A stretch of 64,000 nt of DNA from the human T2T-CHM13v2.0 reference genome, Homo sapiens. Shown piece by piece: positions 23,359 through 56,774 of the stretch. Under the pieces are notes generated by a model that had not been told where the DNA came from, did not search any database, and saw only the letters and a program-made list of their open reading frames with translations. Every line of letters starts with the position of its first letter. The stretch's first letter is position 1. The stretch lies in the NCBI RefSeq assembly GCF_009914755.1, contig NC_060941.1; one strand, 5' to 3'. Both the position numbers and the translations under genes were made by a program.

Positions 23359-24016
23359 CTCTGTAGAAGTTCTTTCTGCCCAGGTTTGCACTCTCTCTAA
23401 GCTCCCACAGGAGCTGTGGCTTGGGTTGTTCAAGGCCCCAAATTCCCGATTGGACTTCCTTTCTTCAGCTCTGCATTGGGGTGTGACCAGGACTGAAGTA
23501 TTTTATTGAAATCATTGGCTCTCCTGATAGCAAACAGAGAGTTGGTGTCAGTAAGGCAGAGGAGAGGTTAGTCTGTAGTGTGCTATGGAGTAAGGGAGCA
23601 ATGGAAATCGGGAGCTTAGTTTGAACACACTCAGTGTCCCCTTGTGCAGTGTCCAACCTGCCCAACCGTACCAGCCCACCCTGACTGAGGGACTAAAGAG
23701 TGGAGGAAAGGAAGGGGAAAGGGATTTCACTGACAGCTGGAGCCTTAGTCCTCGGGCCAAATGAAGGACCTTCCCAGAACAGAGTGACCCAGAAGGAAGC
23801 TGTGGCCCAACCACCAAGATGGGTAACCCCGACAGGCGCAACCTGCCCTCTTGTCAATCAAGGCTGGACCAGGTGGTGTGGGGAAGGGGTGGAGGACTAA
23901 GAGAGGGGGCAAAGAGGAGGGTAGGAAGGTCCTGGCCTAAACGACCCAGTTAGTTTCGCCATCACCCCCTACCCCCATCCTGTATCCCAGGGAAGTATAG
24001 TGCAGCTGGGTTCTTG

Positions 24017-24030
24017 GTTGCCATGGCGAC
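24017..24030. promoter_or_regulatory. RFX X-box GTTGCCATGGCGAC
   Basis: 13/14 match to the palindrome GTTGCCATGGCAAC, at the edge of a GC-rich unique island. Confidence 0.55.
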
Positions 24031-24782
24031 TGACAAAAAAAAAAAGACTTGAGGGGAGGAAAACACCCCGGGGCATGAAGAAGCAATTTGCTCTCAGGTC
24101 TGGGAGTCAGCACCGGAATCAGAATGTCCTAAGGAGGAAAGAAAACTGAGCGAGCCGGGCTTGGGTAGGTGGCAAACCTTCCCAAGGCCCCCTGCCAGCC
24201 ATCCTAAGAGAGAGAGGGTAGGGGCGACCCCAGCTCTGTGTGGGAGGCGCCAACTCTAAGCCCCCACCCCCGAGGCTGCCCCTCCCACCCGAAGCGTTTA
24301 GCACCCAGGGTCTGGGGTGGGGGGCGAGGCGGGGGCGGGGCTTCCCAACGGATTGCTTTTTTTTTTTTTTTTTTTTTAATTTCCAGTTCCGCCTTGGGAC
24401 GAGTCCCTGGCTGGGGGAACCGCATCAGGCCTGACACCCATCCCAGTCCCCCCTAAACCCAGAACGAGATCCAACCTCACTCCCCAGCCCCTTCCCGACC
24501 TCGCCGCTCAGGCTGTGATGGGAAGGTCCCTGGGAGTGGGGAGGAGGGCAAATTTAAACCCGGAGGGGATCCTGTAGCCCAGTTCCCTAAACCTCCAGGA
24601 AAGCGGAGAAAGTCACATTGTGGTGGCAGCTGCGGGTTTTTTTTTTTTTTAATCTGTTAATAAAACGCAAGTGAATCAAATCCGCCCTAAGGGAAGGTGG
24701 GGGGGCGCGGCGAGGCAGAGGCCATGGTGTTTGCAGAAGTTGGAAATTTAATAAGAAGGAAAAATAAAAATAGCCACTGTGC

Positions 24783-24784
<2 letters not shown>

Positions 24785-24846
<62 letters not shown>
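24785..24846. repeat. (GA)n microsatellite, about 31 units
   Basis: Uninterrupted GA run. Confidence 0.95.
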
Positions 24847-24847
<1 letters not shown>

Positions 24848-25284
24848 GGGAGAAACAGGCAAGTGTGGGACTCCTGGCTGGGTGGAAACGTGCAGAGGGG
24901 GCTGGGGAAGGCGAGGGCACCGCACCACTAGTCCGGAGGAGCAAGGGAGACACTGCTGGGGATACCAGGAGGGGAGTCTTTGGGGTGTCACCAGAACAGT
25001 CCAGTTCCTTGGCAGATTTTTCACCAGCAATGAGCTGGGCACAGAGGTTGGGGTTTGGCCCTCTAAACACCTGGGTGTAGAGGTCCAGCCTCTGGTTACT
25101 TGGTCTTCACAGCGCCCCCCACCTTCTGAGCTACTCAAGAGATGGGGGACAGTAGCAGTACTGCCAAGAACAGTTGTGCAAGTTGCGCACTGCACAAGCA
25201 TGCCAGACAGAGGCTAGAGCAGAAGCTAACATCATCTGTTCCCCTCACCACACATTGCATCTGCCCAGAGGAAGAGGTACCTTT

Positions 25285-28921
<3,637 letters not shown>

Positions 28922-28942
28922 TGAAGCCTGTTCCCTCCGCAG

Positions 28943-28956
28943 CCTCCAGAGGGCGC
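28943..28956 (+). promoter_or_regulatory. CTCF-like core motif CCTCCAGAGGGCGC
   Basis: One mismatch to CCASYAGRKGGCRS, in a small CpG-containing unique patch. Confidence 0.45.
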
Positions 28957-29018
28957 GAGCGAACACCTGATCAGGCCACGCCCCCTCCTCCCGCTCAGAA
29001 CCCGGAAGGCTCCCAACT

Positions 29019-29495
29019 TGTGTTAATTTCCCATGGTTGCCGTCACAAGCTAGCGTTTTTTTAACGACGCAAATTATCCTACAGCTCTAGAGGTCAGAGA
29101 TGTGGTTCGGGTCTCACCTGCCTAAGACCAAGATGTCAGCAGGCTGCAGTCCTTTCTTGGAGGTTTTAGGGGACGATCTATTTCTTGCTCATTTAGGGGT
29201 GCAAGATTCAGTTCCTCGGGATTGTAGAACTGAGGCCCCTGTTTTCTTGCTGGTTGTCTGTTCCCCGTTTCTAGAAGTTGCCTGCATTCCTTGGCTCGTG
29301 GGCCCTCCCTCCATTTTCAAAGCCAGCAATGACGAGTCAAGTCCTTCTCATATGACAGCCTTCAACTCCCCTCTGCCGCCCCCTTGCACTTTAAGGACTT
29401 GTGTGATTAGATGATCCAAGGTCATTTCCCTGTCTGAAGGTCCTTAATTACCTAATCAGCAAAGTCCCTTTTGTTGCATGAGGTAGCAATTCACT
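29019..29495 (-). mobile_element. MLT1-type MaLR LTR
   Basis: Antisense MLT1 motifs (CAAGATGTCAGCAGGCTGC, GCATTCCTTGGCTCGTGG, GCAAAGTCCCTTTTG). Confidence 0.65.
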
Positions 29496-30564
29496 AACCT
29501 TGCTTCTCAGGGCCTGGCTGTGTCCAAAGGACTCTTTCTCCTTTAGACACTTTTAAGTGTTTCACCTGTCCTCTGCCTCTCCCTGGGCACCTGCTCCCTG
29601 CTCAGCCTGCCTCTCCCGCAATTCAAGCCAGTCATATGCTTGACACTCCTCCAGGAAGCCTCCCTGAAGTACCCATATTTATCAACCCGCTGGAGCAGTT
29701 ACCAGCCCCTTTCTCCTATCCTCCCCAGGCCACGAGATCTTGAAAGTTTAGGATGAGGAAGTAGACATCTTGGGAAGGAGGGCATTATTCTCCTTACCAA
29801 CTGCCTCACTCAGAGCAAAACTCCAGTCCTCACGGAGGCCAGAAAACCCAGCTTTCTCCAAGCAGATGGGCCTCCTTACTGTTCTCCAAACTCACCAAAG
29901 ACATCCTGCCTCAGGGCCTTTGCACAGGCTGTTCCCTCTGCCTGAGTCATCCTCCCCCAGATATCCACATGGCTCCTCCCTCACCTCCTCCAGGTCTCCC
30001 TTCACTTGTGCCCCTCCCCAGGGAAGCCTTCTCTGATGCACACACACCCAATTTACAACATCCACAGACTCTTATTGCTGCTTTTTTTTTTTTTTTTTGA
30101 GACAGGGTCTCGCTGTGTTGCTCAGGCTGGAGTGCAGTGGTGTGCTCTCAGCTCACTGCAACCTCCACCTCCGAGTTCAAGTGATTCTCCTGCCTCAGTC
30201 TACTCAGTAGCTGGGATTACAGGCATGCTCCATGACACCTGGCTAATTTTTGTATTTTTAGTAGAGACGGGGTTTTGCCATGCTGACCAGGCTGGTTTTG
30301 AACTCCTAGCCTCAAGTGATCCGCCCGCCTCGGCCTACCAAAGTGCTGGGATTACAGGCCTGAGGCTGCTGTATTTTCTCCATTGCACTGGCTACTTTTG
30401 GCTACACCACAGAATATTCACTCCTTGTTCATCTTGTCATCGCCCAGGTCTCCCACTGGAAAGTCAGCTCCAAAAGGGAAGTTCCTCCACACTGTTCTCT
30501 CCTGGCTCTGTATGCTGCCCCCTTCCCTGGCCCTTGGCATACAGCAGGTGCTCAATAAGTGTTA

Positions 30565-31197
<633 letters not shown>

Positions 31198-31403
31198 TCA
31201 CAGGGCAGCTTGGCTTCAATTCAAAACAAGGAATGTCCAGACCCAGGCTGGGGCCTTGATTTAGACTTCAATCCTATTTCCTTCTGCCTCTCCTCCATCC
31301 CCACCAGCATCATGTTCTGGGGGTCTGGGTAGTGCAGGGGCCCCTTCCTTCTTGCTTTCCTCTCCTTTCCTTTCACGGCCAGGGCTGCAGCTCCAGGAGG
31401 GAA

Positions 31404-34031
<2,628 letters not shown>

Positions 34032-34121
34032 CGGGGGTCAGATGGTTCTCATTGCACTGGGTCTGCTGTCAGCCAACCTTGCCTCTCAGGGCCTAGTGGT
34101 GTTCAGAATGAAATCTTTCAC

Positions 34122-37838
<3,717 letters not shown>

Positions 37839-37901
37839 TTTAGAATTTGCCAGGCAGTCACAAGTCCCACCCAGGTTTAGGAGGTGGGAACACAGGTCCT
37901 G

Positions 37902-38276
37902 TGATATGGTTTGCATTTGTATCCCCCCCCACCCAAATCTTATGTTGAATTGTAATCCCTGGTGTTGGAGGAAGGGCCAGGTGGGAGGTGATTGCATCAT
38001 GGGGTCAGAGTCCTCCCTTGCTGCTCTTGTGATAGTGAGTGAGTTCTTACAAGATCTGGTTGTTTAAAAGTGTATAGTACCTCCCTCCTCTTTCTCTTGC
38101 TCCTTCTCCAGCCATGTTTCCCCTTGGCCTTCCACCATGATTGTAAGTTTTCTGAGGCCTCCCCAGCTATGTTTCCTGTACAGCCCACAGAACCATGAGC
38201 CAATTAAGCCTCTTTTCTTTATAAATTACCCAGTTTCAGGCATTTCTTCATAACAGTGTGAGAAGGAACTAATACA
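37902..38276 (+). mobile_element. MST-family (MaLR) solo LTR
   Basis: TGATATGGTTTG...AACTAATACA termini and typical MST body. Confidence 0.85.
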
Positions 38277-38637
38277 CCCCGCCTCTCACGAGAGGAGCAC
38301 CAGCACTTTGTAAGAAGAGCCTATGCAATACGATCAATACCAGGGCTGACAATCTTTGCAAATCACAACCTGTCATTCCTTTCTCACTTCCCAGCTTCCC
38401 TGTTGCTATTTCCTGGGATCTGCTCCCAGGTCAACAACTTACCCCTGCAAATCTTTGTCTCAGGGTCTCTGCCTTTGGGAGGACCCAAACTAAGATATCC
38501 CACAAAATCAATAGTGTGTTTATATAGCTGGTATAGGTGTATGTAAACATTTAGAAAAAGGTCTGTAAGGATACACTCCAAACAGACAGCAGTAGCTTCT
38601 GTAAGGAGGGAACTGGGATGGGGGTTGAGAGGGTTCA

Positions 38638-39727
<1,090 letters not shown>

Positions 39728-39824
39728 GTTCATCTATAATATATGATTTTTTATTTATTTTTTTTTTTTTGCCCCGAGGGAGGAAGAATTTTCTGAATCC
39801 CTGTGGTTAGTAAAAGAGAGAGGC

Positions 39825-44776
<4,952 letters not shown>

Positions 44777-45149
44777 GGTTCTTTGAACATAATTATTCCC
44801 AAATTACAAGTAGAGATAACTGAATCTCAGAGAGGTTAACTTGCCTAAGGTCACACAGCTATGAAATGGAGAAAGGGTAAGAAAATCCGTCTGACCTTCC
44901 TTCAGTTATGCAAAAGATGTCATGTGGTGGGTGGTGTGACCTCAGAAAACCTAGAGGAGTGGGGGTCCAGGCTGGTGGTGGGGTAAAAGACCCAAGTGAA
45001 CACACCTGTCCTGCTGGGGTAACTACTCACCCCTAGGCCACAGGGCAAGCAAAGTGGCAAGCCGCAAATTGAATTGGGGGGCTGGAGGGGGATGTTTCAT
45101 TGATGTCACAAATGAGCATGGACCCCATATCTGCAGCAGGGATGGTTCA

Positions 45150-47450
45150 GGGCCAGTCAAGGAGATGATCGGGGCCCACGGACCCTCAAACGCGTCAGGA
45201 AGCCAGGTTGGTCCCTGAGTGTGTGTGATGGGGTGTGTGTTTGTTGGGGGGACTGCCGCCGCCCGCCCCATTAGCACCGTCATTATCCCAGATTTACGTA
45301 TGTATAATTTTTCTTCCTCCCCCTCCCCAAACCGCTCCAACATCTCCCCTGGCTGCAAACCCGCCTCCCCCAGAAACAGCCACGGAGCCGCCTGCCACCG
45401 GGCCATTAGCACGCAGGGAAGGGGGTGTGGAGGGAGGGGGCAGGCAGCAGGGAAGGGGAAAGGGGGAGCCAGGAGAGGACGAGGGAGGCAGGAGCTGTAT
45501 GGATGGGAGTGAGGCGGCAAGATGGAAGAGAAGAGGGGAAGGAAACAGGGCTTAGAGGAGATGGGGAACCTCTGAGGGTTCTGGGGGGAGGGGGGGACAC
45601 GTGTCCCAGAGGACCTGGCCGCAGACAGCGGGCCCCAGGGGCAGCCGAGGGTCTCCTGCGCCCTTTCTGGCCAATGCCAGGGCTGAGAATAGGGAGGTGG
45701 GGGTCCCATCGGCCGGGACTCTGTGGCTGGGTCTCAGCCCAGAAGTTACTAGAGGGCCTCGCGCCGGAACCCCTCCCCCACTCTGGGAACCTCCGCCTGC
45801 GGGGTGGGGTGGGGGTCTCCAGGCTGGGCGCGGGGAGGGCGCCGGCTGCAGAGCTGGGAGCCCGGAGCGATGACTCCATCACCCTCCACTTTTCACTCCT
45901 CACCCCCGAACCTGGCCCCCTCCCTTCTTGCGCCCCTCGGGTTGGGGGCGCGGGAGAGCCCCCTCTATTACGAGGGAAATCATTGCCGCATTAATGCGAG
46001 GTTTCCAGGCAAGGAGAGGGGATCGCTTCATAAAAGATGCATTGTTCCCATTGCCTGCACGCGGCTCCCTCCCCAGCATCCTGCAAGATGGCGGCGGCCC
46101 CAGGGAGGGAGGGGGAGGGGCTGGGGGGAGCGCGGCCCCCTCTCTCCGGCTGGGGAAGGTGGGAAGAGCGGCCGGGATAAAGGAAGGGAAGGGAGAGAGG
46201 GAGGGAGGGAGGAGGGGGCTGGGAGGGTGAGAGAGCGGTGGGGAGGCGGGAGCCAGTCAGAGGGAGGAGGGCGGGCTGGGGAGGGGGAGAGAGGGGATGG
46301 CTGGGAACTCAGAGGAGGGAAGAGGAACGAAGCCCAAGGAGGTGGTACGGGGGAGGCAGGAGAGCAGGCCGGGGGGTTGGGAGTGGGGGGCGCTGGGGCC
46401 TGGAGGGGGGCAGGCGGGGGTGGGGGCAAAAGGGGAGGGAAAGGGGAGAAAAAGGCCGACTGGGCAGCGTGACCAGGAGAGAGGGGAAGACAGTACCCCC
46501 TCAACTGTCCCTAGGCTCCAAGCCCCCCTCCAGCGGGGCCCCTTGGTTCTCTCTCTTGGTCCCCGTACACCCTCCCGCCGAGGAGATGATCCAGGGAGCC
46601 CCCATTTTCTGGCATGGAGGCCGCTGCACCCCATTGGCTTGCCTCCCTACCCTCCTTCCTGCCTTGGCACCACGGCTGCCATGCTGAGAGGGATCAAGCC
46701 TCCTCCATCTGCCTCCCAAGTCAAGGCCTCCAGAGTTGACCCGAAAGAGCTCCTTAGGAAGAAACTGCCGTTTGGGCACACCTGCATCCGTCCTACCTGC
46801 TGGGGACGGTTCCAGAAACCAGACAGAGTTTCCAGAGAGGGAAACTGGGGCAGAGGACAGCCGAGAACTCAACACGGGGGGGCAGCGCCCCACCCGTGAC
46901 CCCAGACCAACCTCAGCCCCCCTCCTCCCCGCCTTTTCCTCCATCCTCCGCGGGCAACCACGAAGAGAATTTCAAGGCCCCCCACTTCCCAGCCTTCCTG
47001 CTTCGCCTAGGGGAGCTCCCAAACGCCTGAAAATATCTTTAAATTAGGAAAAAGAGCTAAGCCGCCAGAGTCCTTTGGTCTATTAAAGGAAGAGCAGAGG
47101 CCACCGGCGCCCCCACCCCATCCCCAGCCCGGTTTTGCATTTGAAGCCCTGACCGCGGATCTAGCCGGAACAATGACCGGGCCTGCCCAGCCGGCCCCAG
47201 CTGAATCCCTTTCAGTGGTCCTGGGCCCCCTGCCAGGTGTGCCAAAATGAGGACGGCTCCCCTCCTAGGCGCTTTTCATTCCCTCGGGGCTGCTGGGGCC
47301 TCAGAGGCGCTAATGAAGCGCCTCTTGCCGCCCTCCCTCTAGGAAGAGGGGGCCTGGGGGAGCGGGAGGCAGGGCCACATTGGGGGCAGGCGCCTGGAAA
47401 TCTGCCTTCCAAGAACTGCCCCAGGAACATGTTTTTGTGCCTTGGTCAGC
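45150..47450. promoter_or_regulatory. CpG-island-like, repeat-free GC-rich region with a G-run-rich core (about 46100-46450)
   Basis: High GC with many CpGs and no Alu for over 2 kb in an otherwise Alu-saturated block; YY1 consensus at 46084; dense GGG tracts. Confidence 0.75.
46084..46095 (+). promoter_or_regulatory. YY1 consensus motif CAAGATGGCGGC
   Basis: Exact 12-mer match to the canonical YY1 motif, inside the CpG island. Confidence 0.6.
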
Positions 47451-47862
47451 GGCAGCTCCCTCCCTCCCTGCTCCTCAGGGTCCTCCCACAGGTTCTGGTG
47501 ACATCCACCTCCTCCAGGCAGCCCTCCCAGCCTGCTGGCATTGGCTCCCTACTGTGTTTCCTTTGGAGTTCGGCAGTGGGGGCAGGCTGCCTGGATTCAG
47601 ATTGGAGCTCCATTGCTTTCTGGCTGTGGCTCAGTTAGCCACCCTGAGCCTCAGTTTCCCTACCCGTCAAGAGAGGAGAATTATAAAAACCTATGTCATG
47701 AGACTGTTGTGAAGGAGTCGCTGTGTGAAGAACTGTGGAAGGTCACACGTGCAAAGTGGGTGCAATAATCCCTAGACTTTCGCCTCAGCCACAGGGGCCC
47801 CTCACTGCACCCCAGACACACCCAGTGTGTGCCCATTTCTGGGACTTCCCACTGGCTGTTCT

Positions 47863-49775
<1,913 letters not shown>

Positions 49776-50040
49776 AACAAGGCTAATTTGAGGGTCACTT
49801 GTTTGATGGCTTTTCTTGCCCATGCCATAGGTCAGAACTAGGATAAGCAGAGCAGGTCATATATAAGCTGTGTAAGTCTCTTGGCCGCTTTGTACCTTAG
49901 TTTCCCCATTTGAGAAAAACGAATGGATCTTAAGACACACTTTTCAGAGTTCATAATGGGCTTATACCCAGCTAACCAATAATTGTATGAGTTTTTATAC
50001 AAAATAGTTGTTTACACGTATTCATCTTCTATTTCACTTA

Positions 50041-50157
<117 letters not shown>

Positions 50158-50365
50158 TTATTTCAGAACATTTATCATTTGCTGTGAGTCTAATTTACAT
50201 AGGATGGAACATCACCTCAATCCTTTCTCTGTGCACTAAGGCAATCTCACTGTGGAAGATACTGGCTTATGATTTATACTTTAATATTGCACACGTGATA
50301 CATTAGCTACAAAACAGTGAACGCTCAGTAAATACCTGTGTTAAGTGATCTTCATTTCTCTAGAA

Positions 50366-50580
50366 CAGGATTTCACAACTTCAGTACCATCGACATTTTG
50401 GACTATATAACTCTTTGCCGTGGGGGTTTGTCTTATACTCTGCAGGATGTTTAGCAGCATCTCTGGCCTCTGCCCACCAGATGCCAGGAGCACAACCACA
50501 GTTTTGTCAAGCAAAAGTGTCTCTGGACATTACCAAATATCACCTGAGTACAAAATCACACCAGTTGAGAACCACTGCTC
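50366..50580. mobile_element. MER20 (hAT-Charlie) DNA element
   Basis: GCAGGATGTTTAGCAGCATCTCTGGCCTCT...CCAGTTGAGAACCACTG. Confidence 0.75.
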
Positions 50581-50771
50581 TCTGATGATTCACTATGATC
50601 TGTGTAATAATTCTCACACTAATCTTTGCTAGAGACAAGAAGGACTTGCTATATAATTTTAGTACCTTTCTACTGGTCAAATTTTAATCATATTTCAAAA
50701 TGAATAGCAAAGAGGTTTATAATTAAGTTTTATAAAAATTCCAAATGTAATAAAGTTATATTTGTAACTTA

Positions 50772-50942
<171 letters not shown>

Positions 50943-52198
50943 TCATCTCGACTCTAAACATTTGGACCTGTATTTGAACTTTCCAGAGCTCCTAACCCTG
51001 CCTGTACCTCTCCTAGAGTCTCACCTTCATACTTTTAATAAACAAAATATACAACTTAATAGACTTTGGAATTAATTTTTCCTGAGAGCAGTAGACTTGA
51101 TTAGATGCCCTTTTGTAGTCTCATCAAATCCTAGATTATGAGCTCAAAGCTTTTATCTCTATATATAGTTTCTAATATTAAAACGAATAGCCTCACATTT
51201 ATACACCTTCCTAGTTTAGCTTTGTTTTCCTAAGCCAGTTCAGTATCAGAATAAAAGACATCCTTTCAACAGCATTTGAAAGGAAGTTACCCCTTTACTT
51301 AATACATAACTTTGAACTAATATTCAAATCATATTAATACAATTAATTTCTATCATATTAATAGAAATTCATTTTTGGTTTTATATTGCTTTAATATTTC
51401 ATGAAAGCAATTTCTTCAGTTATACAGAGATGGGGCTTTTCCCTCCCTCTTTACCTGGATGGTGTAACGTTGTCTGGCTGATGTCTCCATCTCTAGTCTC
51501 TCCCTTCCTAAACTATCCTCCACACAGTCATCATATAAACTCTCCAGAAGTGGCTTGCAAAGACCAGCACCTCCTGGGAAATTATTGAGGATGCAAATTC
51601 TTGGTCCCACTCTAGACCAACTGAATCAATAACTATGAGGACGGAGTCCAGAACTGAGTTCTAACGTGCCCTCTCAATGACTGTGATGCAGATCCATCTT
51701 ACAGCACTGCTGTGATAACATGGTTCCCCATCATGGCTCCTCAGCTTGGCATTCAAAGCCCTAGAAGATCTGGCTCCAATTTCCTACTCTCCCTCCTTGT
51801 AATCTACAGGTACTCATGGCATTCCTCGAATACTTTCCTGTGTTTTGCCCTTCTCCCATTTCCCTTTTGCAAGTTTAGAATATTGTCCCCAAGATGTCTG
51901 TCCGATGCTACACAATGGCCCTTCAAAGTCCTATTCAAATGGGATTGTTCTAGTAACAGCTTCCTGGGTCCAAACTGAAGTCATTTTCCCCTCTTCTATG
52001 CTTCAGAAACAATTTACCCCTCCTAGTGCCCACATCCATTTCTTCTTCTTAATGTAGTTATTGTTCATCCCATTTTTTCTGAGCATAAACTCCTTGAAAG
52101 CATGGACTAGGTCTTGCTCATCTGCATTGCCCACCATGTTTAAAACTGACACATGGAAATAAAGTAAATTAAAATATTTGTAAAACAAATGAATAGCT

Positions 52199-52556
<358 letters not shown>

Positions 52557-53657
52557 TTAAAGCAAATGTAGTTTTATTACTTCATGGCCTCTGTAGCACT
52601 TTGGCATCCACTTGAGGGTCTTTACACCCACTTTCCTTAAGCCTTTCACATTTGAAAGAATCTGTCTGCAAAAGAGCATCACTAATAAGGATTAATGACA
52701 TACACACCTCTGCGGACAGAGGATAAGAATCAAGCTTTCATAGCAATTGAACATAGTATCTTCTTGTCTCTAAACAGACAGAAATACTATGCAGGTATCC
52801 CTTTCTTGGTAACAGGGCTGGGGAGATAGTTACTGTGTAATTAGTGAAGAGTTAGGGGCATTTCTGATATGCTTCTTACTGTAAACATTTCTAGCTCTAC
52901 CACTTAACCATCATTTTAAACATCTGTTTTAATATAACAATTCCTGAAATGAAATCCTTAATACTAGTCTATTCTCTTGGTAGCTTAATATTCTTGATAA
53001 TATTATTTCTATAATTCAGCTGATTTCAAATATTTAAATGTTAATTTAATGCGATTAAATTACCAAAAAATTCTGGATTAATGATGTTCAAATGAATGTA
53101 GGTGGTCTATATTTTCTTCTCCTTTAGGCAACAATCTGAAGTTAACTTTAATTCCTTTCATCCTACTAAACCAACTTTTTCAAATCGTTTTTTGTGAAGG
53201 TCAGACAGTAAATATTTTAAGGCTCTGTGGGCCACATATGATCTCTCTCGCATATTTCTCTTTCTTTTTTCTTTCACAGTCCTTTAGAAATGCAAAAACC
53301 ATTCTTAATAGGCTATTAAAAAATAGACCTTAGGTTAGATTTGATCTACTGGCTGTAGACTGAATAGAAGAAGATGGTATGTAAACCCTTATAAAACAAG
53401 GTTCATATGGGTGTCAGTCACTGCTCAGATCTTCTTACCATGTGAAATTTTTTCTGTCTGTATTTTGTCTATACAATTTAAAAACTGAAAATGCATAGGA
53501 TGTAGCTAATGCTAGAGATGGGCTGAGACCCTATACAAACTTACAGAATTGCAGAATTTTATTGCTGGAAGAAATCTTAGAGATTATCTAATTTGAACCT
53601 CTTATTCATTTTAAAGATAATATGACTAAAAACTCAAAAATATGATTAACTAACTTA

Positions 53658-53792
<135 letters not shown>

Positions 53793-53906
53793 CTATCTCC
53801 TGCATGTGGAGGAAAGCTGGGTCATGGTCATTTCAAGATGATGGGATCTGCTCTGGTTTCGTTCAAACCTTTTCTTCCATTTTCCTTTTTGTGTCCATCC
53901 CTCTCC

Positions 53907-54173
53907 ACCACCACCACCACACACACAGGCAAGCACACACACACACTTGCAAGCACTCACACATATGCAAGCACAGACACACACAGAAGCACACACACAC
54001 AGGCAAGCACACACACACATAGGCAAGCACACACACACAGGCAAGCACACACACACACTTGCAAGCACACACACATGCAAGCACACACACATGCACACAC
54101 ACAAGCAAGCACACAAACACAAGCACACACAAGCAAGCACACACACACGTGCAAGCACACACACACAAGCACA
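53907..54173. repeat. Compound CA-rich tandem repeat, unit approximately GCAAG(CA)n
   Basis: More than ten copies of (G)CAAGCACACAC with variable CA number. Confidence 0.9.
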
Positions 54174-54429
54174 CTGCTCCACTCTTCCCACCAAATTGTA
54201 TCTTTAATGACTCCTCTCTAGATCATAATATACCTTTCAGAATCCAACTCTGGGTGGCACCAAGATCAGCAGAACCTCCATTTCCTCCTCTCTTTTCCCA
54301 AACCTTATTACAAAAGCCCCACATGGGACCATGTCAGGGCTGCAAGTGAAGCCATTCAACTTTTTTCCCCCATCAAAAAAATTTGAGAACTACAATGTGC
54401 ATAAGGTGCACATAACGTAAATGTTGTTT

Positions 54430-56517
<2,088 letters not shown>

Positions 56518-56684
56518 CTACCAAATTTAATTTTAAAATAACCATAGGATTGCAATCCACAGAGGCTGATTTGGGGCATGGAGGGGAAATATCTTTTCTC
56601 AGAGGTATGGACCTCAAAATTCTGGACCAAGAAGGATCTTACAATGCAGTTAGTTTTTTGTCATATTTGGAGAGAATATACTCA

Positions 56685-56774
<90 letters not shown>

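Noticed and set aside
24587-25217. ORFs with ERERER or SLSLSL runs
   Set aside because: Products of the (GA)n microsatellite.
45023-47638. Overlapping 100-228 aa Gly/Pro/Arg-rich ORFs, including ATG GCG GCG GCC at 46088
   Set aside because: Stop-codon scarcity in GC-rich DNA; no recognisable domain or splice structure. The ATG is part of a YY1 motif.
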